From an uncultured Candidatus Saccharibacteria bacterium (GTDB lineage: Bacteria > Patescibacteriota > Minisyncoccia > Phycocordibacterales > UBA2100): a stretch of DNA of 64,000 nucleotides. The DNA lies in NCBI GenBank assembly GCA_964594735.1, contig CAZQMS010000001.1:62523-126522 (forward strand). The letters are read 5' to 3'. Each line of letters begins with the position of its first letter. Position 1 is the stretch's first letter. Shown here one piece after another: positions 35,301 to 44,465 of the stretch. The notes under the pieces are model-generated. The model ran no database searches, was not told the origin of the DNA, and saw nothing but the letters and a program-made list of their open reading frames with translations. Made by a program: the position numbers and the translations under genes.

Positions 35301-37784
35301 ATCAGTGGGCATTGTTGCGACGGTAAGTGTAATGACTCCTGGAGCCGATTCTGTCGCGGCAGAGACGGCGAAGCCCGTTACCGTGAACTCGTTGCCGCTA
35401 CCATTGACCGTAGCCCCATTGAGGTCTTCGGAGAAGTGCGCATTGATTGTCGTCACCGATGTCGTGATAGCCGAAATAAGTACCGGCTTTGCAACGTCAG
35501 TTGAAGCAAACGAGAAGTTGGCAATTGTATTCCCCGCGAGATCGAGTGCACCTCCCTGCGTGTACGCTACTGTTTTCGATTCGGTGCCGGCGACCTGGGT
35601 TCCCATCGTGAGGACGATGGTGTTGTCATCCGGTGTACCGCCTGTTCCTATTGCAGTAGGCACAACGCCTCCAACTGTGAAATCAGCAGCCGAAAAAGTG
35701 GAGTCATCCACAGGATCATCAAAGACGATGGTCACCGTGTCGATGCTGCCGTTGAGGTCAACGTCGGCAGTCGTGATACCCGCCGTGTTGGTGAAGGCCG
35801 GCACAGTATCAACCTCAAAGTCGTTAATCTCGAGTACAGCACTAGCATTGCCCGCGAAGTCCGTAACGGTGATATCGCAGTCTGTGTACGTTGCATCACC
35901 AAGCGGGCCCGTGAACGTAATTACGTTGTTGCCATCTAGCGCGGCACTAGGCGTCCACGCCCCGCAGGAGCCAACGATGTTGATAGTCCCAGTGTTGCCA
36001 GGAAGCCACGCTGCCTTGTCGACGCTAAATGTGTAGCCCGGTGTCGTGTCATTTGTCGGAGTCGGGACGAGCGTGACTGCCGCGAGATTCGGCGCAGTCG
36101 TGTCGCGCACGAACGTCGCTTCATCGAAAGTGCTGTTGCCGGCCGTGTCGAAGACCGTAAGTCGGATGACGTAAGTATCATCGGCATTTGCATCTACTGT
36201 CGTATCCTCTGCGGCTGCAGTACCAAACGTAACGGTTCCGCTACCGCTCTCTTTAGTCCACGCATAGCTTGCGATTCCTGAGCCGCCGCCGTCAGAAACT
36301 GTTGCATCCTGGTTGATCAGCACGTTATCTTCCTGGTCTACGCCCGCATTTACGGCAGGAGCTTCTTGGTCGACATCGAGATCGCTCGCACTCACGGGCG
36401 CACCGGTCGTCGAGTTCTCAGCAATGTCAGTGATAATCGCAGTAAAGGTGATGTTGTCGCCGTCGCTGAAGCCAGCGAGACCTTCCAGCTCCGCGGCGAT
36501 AAACGAAAGTGTCTTATTGCCGTTGATGTCACCCAGCAGAATCGTATAGGCGCTCCCAAGATTCTCCATCGCCCCGTCTGCCTCTGCCTGTACTTGAATC
36601 GTTCCTCCGACGAGTGAGGCATCGTTATCAAGGGAAATGGTCACGTCGACACCAGTATTCGTATTGTTCCACCATCCCGCAACCACATTGCCTCCGGTCG
36701 TGGTCACCGCTCCTACCTGAAATGCGATAGGTGCCGTGGTATCGATGACGATGTTGCTCGTAGCAGCGAGGTTTGATGTCGGGACGAGTGTCGAATCATT
36801 CCCGGCGATGTCTTCGACTACACCTGAGTTGGGGACAATCGATGTGACGGTCAAATCTGCTGAATTGTGTCCGCCAGCGACAGTGTAAGTGCACGTTCCC
36901 ACGTTCGTATTCGCCAATCCCCCTATCACACAGCTACCACCAGAATCCAGATTCACTGTGAGGAAATCTGTTGACGAGACGTTTTCAGAGAATGTAAGAG
37001 TGACGTTGATAAGGTCCCCAGCGTTGTATGCGCCATCAACCGTCGTTGAGGTGACCGCGACGGTGGGAGCGATAGTATCAACACTGATGGTCTGCGACTG
37101 TATGGCTTCGACGTTGTGAGCACCGAGCGCATCCACAGCCTCGTCTTGAGAGCGCCATTCAAGGAGATTCGACCCCTCGAGCGCCGCAAATGGAGCCGCA
37201 TACGGCGTCCACGCACCGCCATTCCACCGATATTCAGTGCTACCGGCGAGACAACCGCTGTTCCCGGTGGCACTGTCGTCGCACGTGAGCGTGATGGTCG
37301 GAACAGTTATATACCACCCGTTTAGGCCGTTGGGAGCCGCAGGTGCAAGTGAGATAGACGTAACGGGCGCTGTGTTATCAACGAGAAAGTCGGTGATGCT
37401 CGCTCCATCGAGGCCGGTACCGGGGTCGAACACGCGAATCCTGTATGTCGCTCCATCGGGAAGCACTCCGACACCGCTCATCGTCGTGTCCCATGAGTAC
37501 GTACCGTCTGCAGACGAAATCGAATTCACGAGATTAGAGTACGAACCACCACTGTTCGTTGAAAGCAAAATAGAAATATTGTTCGGCGTGCCGTTGTCTG
37601 TCGCTGTCCACGTGATGTCCTGTAGGCCGCGCCACTCTTCACCGCCTGTGGGGTCCGTGAGCGTGAGGCTTGTAATCAACGCCTCAGCGTGAGAAACAAA
37701 AAAACCGCTAACGAGTGCGGCGCCGAGAACGACAGCAAGTGTCGCGCGAACTTTTGAGGAAAACAGGTTTTGTAAAGAATTCAT
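32358..37784 (-). CDS. Giant secreted surface protein (~1809 aa) with signal peptide and many tandem Ig-like/Fn3 domains (including purple-acid-phosphatase-N-type Fn3)
   Basis: ATG at 37784 gives the signal peptide MNSLQNLFSSKVRATLAVVLGAALVSGFFVSHAEA. Repeated D(T/S)TAP(V/I) domain boundaries; Fn3 modules (…VEYGPTSGYGTLTV…TYHFRVLSTDASGN…). No TM or LPXTG motif found. The track extends to 37844. Confidence 0.85.
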   Translation of the reverse strand: MNSLQNLFSSKVRATLAVVLGAALVSGFFVSHAEALITSLTLTDPTGGEEWRGLQDITWTATDNGTPNNISILLSTNSGGSYSNLVNSISSADGTYSWDTTMSGVGVLPDGATYRIRVFDPGTGLDGASITDFLVDNTAPVTSISLAPAAPNGLNGWYITVPTITLTCDDSATGNSGCLAGSTEYRWNGGAWTPYAAPFAALEGSNLLEWRSQDEAVDALGAHNVEAIQSQTISVDTIAPTVAVTSTTVDGAYNAGDLINVTLTFSENVSSTDFLTVNLDSGGSCVIGGLANTNVGTCTYTVAGGHNSADLTVTSIVPNSGVVEDIAGNDSTLVPTSNLAATSNIVIDTTAPIAFQVGAVTTTGGNVVAGWWNNTNTGVDVTISLDNDASLVGGTIQVQAEADGAMENLGSAYTILLGDINGNKTLSFIAAELEGLAGFSDGDNITFTAIITDIAENSTTGAPVSASDLDVDQEAPAVNAGVDQEDNVLINQDATVSDGGGSGIASYAWTKESGSGTVTFGTAAAEDTTVDANADDTYVIRLTVFDTAGNSTFDEATFVRDTTAPNLAAVTLVPTPTNDTTPGYTFSVDKAAWLPGNTGTINIVGSCGAWTPSAALDGNNVITFTGPLGDATYTDCDITVTDFAGNASAVLEINDFEVDTVPAFTNTAGITTADVDLNGSIDTVTIVFDDPVDDSTFSAADFTVGGVVPTAIGTGGTPDDNTIVLTMGTQVAGTESKTVAYTQGGALDLAGNTIANFSFASTDVAKPVLISAITTSVTTINAHFSEDLNGATVNGSGNEFTVTGFAVSAATESAPGVITLTVATMPTDATPDVTYTQVDQLDDLAAVPNTAVTPVTVEAVDGVAPVLTSVTISSNNAKDGALWAKEGNTVTLLFTGSEQLAVDPVVTIAGESATVSDLGSNNWQATLVMDGDDPEGQIAFAIDFEDVATPTHNVGTQVTAITGGTNITYDRTNPSVSAGDDNEINAAFTQTTASASDAGSGLDFVTWSKVTGPGTVSFTTTATIQALISTNQDGVYELQLFAEDEAGNSATDTMNLIWDTRAPVLEFINPPHLSTGVSTSDGTLFAHFRQFNGAGSDMITLLDQNGVFVEDQADGTDYQTTGSIAVQGGNDSSRILEVPYAGLAGGTTYCLTILSGSVRDAAGNTTTQDTEVRCFTTEIDTVAPLILSILASNVDSDSADITVTTNEPAVCRISDTPEAYGDMDPFDSGSTTHLVNVDGLTENTAYTMYVRCRDAATNESSQASVNFTTLLSDTVAPPAPVITTVEATVNADSYVIAGTAGADTPVNGPRTITVFNGANVVGDVTIATGQTSWAVVVPLTQNATSTFTATSKDTNGNESVASNSVDIGDNESASLDLTAPAVPALGIAPDSLDADVYNVYGTLADDGSVRFVKLYNNGLTAGTDILGAGETDWSISALLSQNGANEFTARSMDISGNLSDESTSVTITETPSDSTAPVVSAVANNVTDTEADIEITVNESAVCRVGPTDAAFGSLPTELSGGSPDTGHLYELTGLSDGTEYDFFVRCQDAAGNTSEAVQVEFTTDSNDSTGPVIQGIQAVSIDHESVTIEWVTDESADSQVEYGPTSGYGTLTVLADTPVATDGVLNHSVTITGLDSSTTYHFRVLSTDASGNTTTSGDNTFETTFDDSTAILEVTGISAIKTFATADDTFENGWSWIFYITVPTDETDFAMKFADFISGGNTIDAADNIRYYTAQSSEAEDDTEAVTIAGADTYPGAIELDSDLDSGTAGRQIAVTVEMKVPVGTTGGSYSASYGVASDDGSGPDPF

Positions 37785-37911
37785 ATAAAAATCGAACAAT
37801 GATAAACGAGTAATGCCGCGCACGCGGATACCGCAACCGTACACTTTTCATGAATCCCGTCTAGTTGACAGTCCAACGCCAACTGTGTTCTCTCATGAAT
37901 TTTTCGTGTGC

Positions 37912-39147
37912 TTACGCTGACTTACCCTGTGCCAAACGCCGGAGAGCCACGATGTATGCAGCTTCGCGGAGTGTTAGAGAATCTTTTTTTGCCTCTGTAA
38001 AGACCGCGCGAGCTGCCGACCGCATCTTGTCCTCGAGCTTTCTAAAGACGTCGTCCTTCCCCCATTTCTCGTCGTGTACGTTTTGATACCACTCAAAGTA
38101 CGACACCGCGACACCGCCCGCGTTGGCCAAGATGTCTGGAATCACAGTGACACCGCGCTCGCGCAATATTTCGTCTGCTTCCGGCGTTGTCGGGCCGTTG
38201 GCCATTTCTAAAATCGTTTTAGCGCGAATGTTTTGCGCATTTGCACTCGTTATCGAGTTCTCGAGAGCAGCGGGAACTGCGATATCGACATCGAGCGTCA
38301 GGACTTCGGATGCATCCAGTGCCTCCGTGCCACCAAAACCCGCTAGTGACCCGGTCGCCTTTTTGTGCGCTTCAAGTGAGTCGATATTCGATATGCCATT
38401 TTCGCTGCGAATCGCGCTGCGCGAGTCCGATATCGCGAGGATGCGTGCACCGGAAGCGAGCAAAAACCGGGCCAAATAGCTCCCCACGTTGCCAAACCCT
38501 TGAATCGCCACCCGCTTCCCCTCCAAGGGGACACCTTGGAGTGCGAGGATTTCAGAGAGTACGTAGCTCCCGCCGAGGCCTGTGGCCTCTGTGCGGCCCT
38601 CAGAGCCTCCCAGGGCGACGGGCTTGCCCGTCACAACGCCAGGCGCCGCCTTACCGACTACTTTTTCATATTCTTCCCGAATCCAAGCCATAATTTGGCC
38701 ATTGGTATTCACATCGGGCGCGGGGACATCGATTTCAGGCCCTATGTACGGCGCTAGCTGCCGGGCGAACTCCCGCGTGAGGCGCTCGAGCTCCCCCACG
38801 GAGAGCGACTTCGGGTCTACCTTCACGCCGCCCTTGCCGCCCCCGAAAGGCACATCGACGAGCGCATTCTTCATCGTCATCCAAAACGAAAGCGCCTTCA
38901 CCTCGTCCATGTCCACATGCGGATGGTAGCGGAGGCCTCCCTTGTAGGGCCCGAGGATGTTGTTGTGCTGGACGCGGTACCCTTCGAAGACGACGCGTGG
39001 ACCCTCGTCCATTTGTAGCGCCACGGGCACCTCGACGATGCGGTCGGGCGCTGTGAGACGCTGGTAGAGCGAGTCGCTGACGCCAGAGCGCGCCCGCGCT
39101 TTTTCGAGCTGCGCGAGTGCAGATTGCCAGGGATTTGCGGCAGACAT
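37912..39147 (-). CDS. gdhA: NAD(P)-dependent glutamate dehydrogenase
   Basis: GGLRYHPHVDMDEVKALSFWMTMKNALVDVPFGGGKGG signature; Rossmann GFGNVGS. ATG at 39147 is preceded by TAGGAT at 7-nt spacing. The track starts at a GTG at 39153. Confidence 0.92.
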   Translation of the reverse strand: MSAANPWQSALAQLEKARARSGVSDSLYQRLTAPDRIVEVPVALQMDEGPRVVFEGYRVQHNNILGPYKGGLRYHPHVDMDEVKALSFWMTMKNALVDVPFGGGKGGVKVDPKSLSVGELERLTREFARQLAPYIGPEIDVPAPDVNTNGQIMAWIREEYEKVVGKAAPGVVTGKPVALGGSEGRTEATGLGGSYVLSEILALQGVPLEGKRVAIQGFGNVGSYLARFLLASGARILAISDSRSAIRSENGISNIDSLEAHKKATGSLAGFGGTEALDASEVLTLDVDIAVPAALENSITSANAQNIRAKTILEMANGPTTPEADEILRERGVTVIPDILANAGGVAVSYFEWYQNVHDEKWGKDDVFRKLEDKMRSAARAVFTEAKKDSLTLREAAYIVALRRLAQGKSA

Positions 39148-39166
39148 GGGCACTATCCTAGCACCC

Positions 39167-39748
39167 TTATGGGAGGCGGACGGTGTCGAGCAGCTGCTCG
39201 AAATCTTCGATGATGTCGTCCTCTCGCGTTATCCATGCGACAGAGAAATGATACGCCCTGCCACCTTGCAGAAGAACGACGTTGTTGGTCGAGTAGAGAC
39301 CATCAGACTGGTACGAGAGCGCCGGCATACCATTCACCGTCATGCTCGAGAGCGTAGTAGTCGCAGCGAGTGCGAAATTTGAGACGCTCGACGTCCGTAT
39401 CCAGCTTTCAGTCGACGTAGCCGTGGTCGAAGAGATGCTTACATTTATAGATGGCGGCCCTTCACCATTGAGCGGTGCTTGTGCAAGCGCCTCTGTGTCC
39501 GAAAGCGTAACGACATGGATAGACGTGCCCTGGAAAGTCGCATCATCTTCTCGCAGTGTGTACGAAGCCGGGTACTGGAAGGAAATGCCGTAGGTCGTGC
39601 TCGTAAACGTGCGCGCCTGCGTACCTGGGGTGCTTGTAGAAACCGTGGTCGTCCCATTGTCCGGCAAGCCGCCAAATGCACCTGGCATGAAGTAGTAGAC
39701 GCCGAGCAGCGCAAGGATGAGTAGCGCGAGTATCACGAAATATCGCAT
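39167..39748 (-). CDS. Hypothetical membrane-anchored/secreted protein (193 aa, N-terminal TM, Ser/Thr-rich)
   Basis: TACAAT lies 8 nt upstream of the ATG. No family recognised. Confidence 0.5.
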   Translation of the reverse strand: MRYFVILALLILALLGVYYFMPGAFGGLPDNGTTTVSTSTPGTQARTFTSTTYGISFQYPASYTLREDDATFQGTSIHVVTLSDTEALAQAPLNGEGPPSINVSISSTTATSTESWIRTSSVSNFALAATTTLSSMTVNGMPALSYQSDGLYSTNNVVLLQGGRAYHFSVAWITREDDIIEDFEQLLDTVRLP

Positions 39749-39791
39749 AGGTGTGCATTGTACACCGTGGGCACCTGAATTTTCTATGAGG

Positions 39792-40502
39792 CTAGATCTC
39801 CTGCTTCGCTTCCCTCAGCGTCGGGTCTTTCACGACACTCACAATACGTCCGTCGTCGAGATGGACGAGCCGCTCTGCCATCTGCGCGTACTCAGGTTCG
39901 TGCGTCACCATGATGATGGTCTGGCCTTTTTTGTGCAGCTCGAGAAATATATCCATTACGGTGTGCGACGAGTGGTTGTCGAGGTTGGCCGTCGGCTCGT
40001 CGGCGAACAGAATTTTGGGCTCGTGGCCGATGGCACGCGCGATAGATACGCGCTGCTGCTCGCCGCCCGACATCTGACTCGGGAGGTTGTGCAGACGGTG
40101 TCCGAGCCCCACGCGCTCGAGCGCCTTTGCAGCCTTCTTCGATGCATCGCTCTTGGTAAGGCCCTGCATCATGAGGGGAAGCGCCACGTTTTCGAGCGCG
40201 GTGAGCTCGGGGAGGAGTGCGTAGTCTTGAAACACGTAGCCAAACTTCGAAAGGCGGAAGTTCATCTTCTCATCGGCACTCATCGTGTGTGTTTTCTGCC
40301 CGTCGATAACAATCTCCCCGCTCGTCGGTTCATCGAGGAGGCTTATCTGGTAGAGAAAAGTGCTCTTGCCGGCTCCCGAGCGCCCCATGATTGCGATGAA
40401 CTCTCCATTCTTCGCCTCAAAATCGATACCCTTGAGGACTTCGGTAATCATATCCCCGTTCTTAAACGACCTTCGCAATTCTTTTGTGCTGATGATGTTC
40501 AT
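39792..40502 (-). CDS. ABC transporter ATP-binding protein (MacB/LolD/FtsE-like)
   Basis: Walker A GRSGAGKST, LSGGEQQRVSIARA signature, Walker B ILFADEPT. ATG at 40502 is 3 nt from the permease stop. Confidence 0.9.
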   Translation of the reverse strand: MNIISTKELRRSFKNGDMITEVLKGIDFEAKNGEFIAIMGRSGAGKSTFLYQISLLDEPTSGEIVIDGQKTHTMSADEKMNFRLSKFGYVFQDYALLPELTALENVALPLMMQGLTKSDASKKAAKALERVGLGHRLHNLPSQMSGGEQQRVSIARAIGHEPKILFADEPTANLDNHSSHTVMDIFLELHKKGQTIIMVTHEPEYAQMAERLVHLDDGRIVSVVKDPTLREAKQEI

Positions 40503-40504
40503 AG

Positions 40505-41758
40505 TTAGTTTCTGCCGAGGATTGAATCGAGTGTATTTTTTCGGACTATCATCCACGCCGGGACGTATCCTGCGATGACGGTAGAGACCACCAGAAGCCC
40601 GACACGGAAGAGCGTCTCGCCAAGGTTCGCAACCAAGATGCCGTCGCTAAACGGGAAGTCGATCGGATTGGCGGCAAAGGTGGGTACGAGGAGGCCGTAC
40701 ACGAGCGCAAGGCCTATGCCCGAGCCGATGACCGCATAAAAGATGGATTGAAAAACGTACGAAATCTCAATCGCTTTACCGTGGATGCCTATGCCCTTGA
40801 GAATGCCGATGAATTTACGGCGCGTGAGTGCGTTGATGAATATGACAATAAATATCGTAATTGATGAGACCACGAGACCGAAGCTCGAGAAGCCCGCTCC
40901 AAGCATATTGAATGTCTGGATCATGTCTTTGAGGAATTTCGGCTGACCGTCTTCAAATGTCTGCACCTTCGCGTACTGGTCCACGCCCCGCAGCTTGATC
41001 GCATCGCGCACCTTTGCAGGATCTATTCCGGGGGCAAGTTTTATCGAGATTTCGTCGACGTTGCCATCTGCGCGCCCTATCATGCTGCGAAACTGCGTCT
41101 GGTCCATAAAGACGCGGAGCGCTATTTCATCCACCTTGCTCTTGAGAATTCCTTTGACAGTGACTTCGCGCGTCACATCACCGACTTTCATACGGATCTT
41201 TGTGCCTATTCCGACATCCTCCAGGGTAGAAAAACCCGGTGTTTCCACGGGAAAATACTGTTTGAGGAGGTAGTTGCCGACAACGACCTTGTCGTAATCT
41301 CCAGGCACCAGAAATTCACCCTCAATAAGGTCGCCGCCGATACCGGTAACAGCGTGCTCTGCCACCGGGTCGATACCGACGACTTGCGCGCCGACAATGT
41401 TTGCTTTGTCGGATTCCTTTCGCGTCTTGTAGTTGGCCTCGAGTGTGCCGGATTCCCGATACCGTGCCGTGTAGGTATCCACCCCCTCGAGAAGCTCGAT
41501 GATGGCAATGATGTTTTGGCTGTTCTCGATGTAGGTCTTGTCATCGAGCGTCGAGACGATAACATCGCTCGTGTATTTTGTTCTCACCGCTTCGACAGCC
41601 CCCTGGATGAGACCCACTAGAATGCCCGAGACCACAACGAGGTTGAGGAATGTGAGCACCATTATGAAAATGATGAGGCTGGTCGTCCAGAGAGACGCAC
41701 GGCGAATCTGACGAATTGCCAGATAGAAACCTATCCGGATATTGAGCGGAGAAAACAT
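40505..41758 (-). CDS. ABC transporter permease, FtsX/MacB-like (4 TM helices with a large extracytoplasmic domain)
   Basis: 417 aa; N-terminal TM, ~200-aa periplasmic-type domain, C-terminal FtsX 3-TM bundle. Confidence 0.85.
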   Translation of the reverse strand: MFSPLNIRIGFYLAIRQIRRASLWTTSLIIFIMVLTFLNLVVVSGILVGLIQGAVEAVRTKYTSDVIVSTLDDKTYIENSQNIIAIIELLEGVDTYTARYRESGTLEANYKTRKESDKANIVGAQVVGIDPVAEHAVTGIGGDLIEGEFLVPGDYDKVVVGNYLLKQYFPVETPGFSTLEDVGIGTKIRMKVGDVTREVTVKGILKSKVDEIALRVFMDQTQFRSMIGRADGNVDEISIKLAPGIDPAKVRDAIKLRGVDQYAKVQTFEDGQPKFLKDMIQTFNMLGAGFSSFGLVVSSITIFIVIFINALTRRKFIGILKGIGIHGKAIEISYVFQSIFYAVIGSGIGLALVYGLLVPTFAANPIDFPFSDGILVANLGETLFRVGLLVVSTVIAGYVPAWMIVRKNTLDSILGRN

Positions 41759-41764
41759 ATCCGC

Positions 41765-43336
41765 CTACCTCAGCTCGGAGACAATGACCACGTCCCCCTC
41801 TCCCAATCCGGTGAGAACCTCAATGTTGCCGAGACTCGATACCGCGCCCGTCGAAACTTCGCGCTCTACCACTATCTTACCGTCGGCTTCGAGCACTTTC
41901 ACGTACTTCTTACCGTTGCGCTCGGTCACGAGTCCTTGCGGGATGCTCACGACACCGCTTTTCTCCTCGGTCGTGACAACAATGTTGGCCGTCATACCCG
42001 AGCGGATGCGCACATCCTCGACATCAAACTGCAAGATTGCCCGGTAGGTCGGCACACCATCGCGAATCGTCTCCGCCGGGTCGATAGATACCACTTTCGC
42101 TGCGAAAGGAACGTCACTTCCGTACGCATCGAGCGTCACGACCGCAGTGTTACCCACTTGTACGTACGCGATGTTGACCTCTGGGACATAGCTCTCTATC
42201 TGGAATGCAGACGCTGTGTTTACTGTAATCTCTGGTGTGTTGGGCGATACGATCTTGCCCGCCTTCGCATCGACTTTTGTCACGACACCCGAAAAAGGCG
42301 CCGCAATTACGGTCTTTGAGAGCATGGCGCGCGCATTTGCGACATCAGCTTCGGCGGCTTTTACCTGTGCGGCCTGTGCAGCAATGTCAGCGGGCACCGT
42401 ACCAGCCTTTTTGAGTGCGAGCGTATTTTGCGACGATGCAAGAGCTGCTGCGGCGCTCTTTTGAGCTGTGACGGCAGATGTCAGCGCCGAAGACGCCGTG
42501 CTCACGTTGGTGCGCGCTGTCGCAATCGACGCGATGTATGCATCGAGCGTGGTCTGCGTGATATTGGTAAGCGCTGTGCTACCGAGCACGCGACTCACGG
42601 TGCTCAAAAGCGCAGTGACCTGACTCATGTGCTGTTGCGCGCGAAATACATGACCCGAGAGGTCGGTCTCGCCGACGAGCGTCGCATTGTCGGCCGCCCA
42701 TGCAGCAAGCACGGCTTCTACCACGGTAACGCCGGCGTTGGCATCGACGACCGCCTGCGTATCGGATGACACGATATTTATCTGGGGGTTCGTCCGCGGA
42801 TTGCTGACAAACTGGTAGAGCTTGTTGCGTATTGCATCGTCGGTCTTGATGTACGCATCGCGGAGCGCATCGGCAAGCGCCATGTTGGCTTGCATCAGGG
42901 CTGCAGTGTCTCGCTCTACATTGCCCTCTGCGACGAGGATTTCCTCCGGCCGCGTACCCTGCTGGAGTGAGAGGAGCTTTGCTCTTTGCACCTCAAGCGC
43001 CGCTTCACGCTGCAGGAGCTGTGCGTACAAATCCCCGCTGTCGATTTCTGCGAGCACCCTTCCTGCAATGACGCGGTCACCCACTTTCACATTGACCCGT
43101 GCGATGCGACCGCTTTGGGTAAAACCGAGGTCCACCTCTTGAGCGGGCACTACGGTGCCCGAAACAGACACCTGCTGAACGAATGCATCGGCTTTCACTG
43201 TGAGCGTCTCAAACTCCGGTCCACTGTCGGAAAAGATGATGTAGGCACCACCTCCTACGATGACAATCGCAGCGACCGCGATACCCGCTTTTGTTTTCAG
43301 AAATGCAATTATTTTTGACATAGAGAAATGAGACAT
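41765..43336 (-). CDS. HlyD/MacA-family membrane-fusion (periplasmic adaptor) protein
   Basis: N-terminal TM, biotinyl/lipoyl-like hairpin (VKVGDRVIAGRVLAEID), a long coiled-coil and C-terminal beta-barrel domains. TAGAGT lies 7 nt upstream of the ATG. Confidence 0.8.
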   Translation of the reverse strand: MSHFSMSKIIAFLKTKAGIAVAAIVIVGGGAYIIFSDSGPEFETLTVKADAFVQQVSVSGTVVPAQEVDLGFTQSGRIARVNVKVGDRVIAGRVLAEIDSGDLYAQLLQREAALEVQRAKLLSLQQGTRPEEILVAEGNVERDTAALMQANMALADALRDAYIKTDDAIRNKLYQFVSNPRTNPQINIVSSDTQAVVDANAGVTVVEAVLAAWAADNATLVGETDLSGHVFRAQQHMSQVTALLSTVSRVLGSTALTNITQTTLDAYIASIATARTNVSTASSALTSAVTAQKSAAAALASSQNTLALKKAGTVPADIAAQAAQVKAAEADVANARAMLSKTVIAAPFSGVVTKVDAKAGKIVSPNTPEITVNTASAFQIESYVPEVNIAYVQVGNTAVVTLDAYGSDVPFAAKVVSIDPAETIRDGVPTYRAILQFDVEDVRIRSGMTANIVVTTEEKSGVVSIPQGLVTERNGKKYVKVLEADGKIVVEREVSTGAVSSLGNIEVLTGLGEGDVVIVSELR

Positions 43337-43365
43337 CGGTACTACTCTAGCACGCGAAAAAAATG

Positions 43366-44412
43366 CTATTCAGCGCGCCGATACACGTCTCGATAAATTG
43401 AAAGCAGTACGAAAAGCAGACTCATCGAAAGCGGGCCGAGGAAGAGGCCTATCGGACCAAACAGCATGATGCCGCCGATGACTGCCAGAATGACGATGAG
43501 CGGATGCAGGTGAAGTCCGGAGCTCATAAATTTCGGACCGAGGATATTGTCTACGAGTCCCACCGCAACAGCACCCCACGCACCGAGTCCTATGGCAGCT
43601 CCGAGAGAACCGGTGAGTGCGAGATATGCCACCGCGGGCGCGATGACGAGTGCGGTTCCAAGCGACGGCACGAGCGCCGCGACCGCAGCTACCACGCCCC
43701 ACAAGACCGCATTGGGAATACCGAAGAGGAAAAAGCCGATACCCGTGAGCGTACCTTGGATGAGCGCCACAAAGAGCTGACCCTTGATGACCGAATCAAT
43801 CGCCTTGCCAAGTCTGTCGAAAATCGTGGTGTCGTCACGGTCGGAGAGCGGACTGAGGTCGACGAGCCTGCGCACGACGAGGTGACCATCGCGGATGAGG
43901 TAGTACAGCGCCACGTAGAAAATGAACAAGGCGAGGAGAAATGTCGCCACGCCAGAGAATGCGGTGCCGATGTTGCGGATTATCCAATCAAGTCCCTGCC
44001 TCGCATACACGTCGATGTTGGCGACAAATGCATCCATGCGCTCTGCTGCGTCAGGTACGAACGGCGTGAGCAGCGATTCTGCCGCACTGAGCATAATGCC
44101 GAAGGTCTCCTCTGCGCCACGCTCGGAAACAGATGTGTACAGCTCCTGCGCCTCAAAAACGAGCTGGCTCGCGACAAAGGTAGCGGGCACGAGCAAGCAG
44201 ACCGTGAATATGAGGATGGTGAGGAGCGATGCGATTGACTCGTATCCGCCGAGGCGCCTGCCGACAAAGCGATACACGGGCTGTAGAACCACGGCAAAAA
44301 TCACCGCCAGAAGAAGCGGCGCGAGAAAGGGCTTCAGAATATTGAATGCGAGGAGGGTGGCTCCCACGAGAAGCGCGAGAAGAAAGTAGGGCTGGAGCGT
44401 CTTACTTTGCAT
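43366..44412 (-). CDS. AI-2E family transporter (PerM/YhhT-like)
   Basis: 348 aa; 8 TM helices; conserved …IIRNIGTAFSGVATFLLALFIFYVALYYLIRDG… region. TATACT lies 6 nt upstream of the ATG. Confidence 0.85.
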   Translation of the reverse strand: MQSKTLQPYFLLALLVGATLLAFNILKPFLAPLLLAVIFAVVLQPVYRFVGRRLGGYESIASLLTILIFTVCLLVPATFVASQLVFEAQELYTSVSERGAEETFGIMLSAAESLLTPFVPDAAERMDAFVANIDVYARQGLDWIIRNIGTAFSGVATFLLALFIFYVALYYLIRDGHLVVRRLVDLSPLSDRDDTTIFDRLGKAIDSVIKGQLFVALIQGTLTGIGFFLFGIPNAVLWGVVAAVAALVPSLGTALVIAPAVAYLALTGSLGAAIGLGAWGAVAVGLVDNILGPKFMSSGLHLHPLIVILAVIGGIMLFGPIGLFLGPLSMSLLFVLLSIYRDVYRRAE

Positions 44413-44465
44413 ATGTATAGTATACCATAAAACGAGGTAGCTAGCAACGAGTTGCCAGGGGATGA

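Noticed and set aside
32577-37692. Numerous plus-strand ORFs of 60-384 aa (e.g. 34882..36036, 33916..34434, 37237..37692) overlapping the giant minus-strand gene
   Set aside because: They are antisense to a continuous 1800-aa ORF that has clear domain repeats and a signal peptide; such shadow ORFs are expected at high GC. They have no SD, promoter or homology, and their translations are low-complexity Ser/Thr/Val/Ala text.
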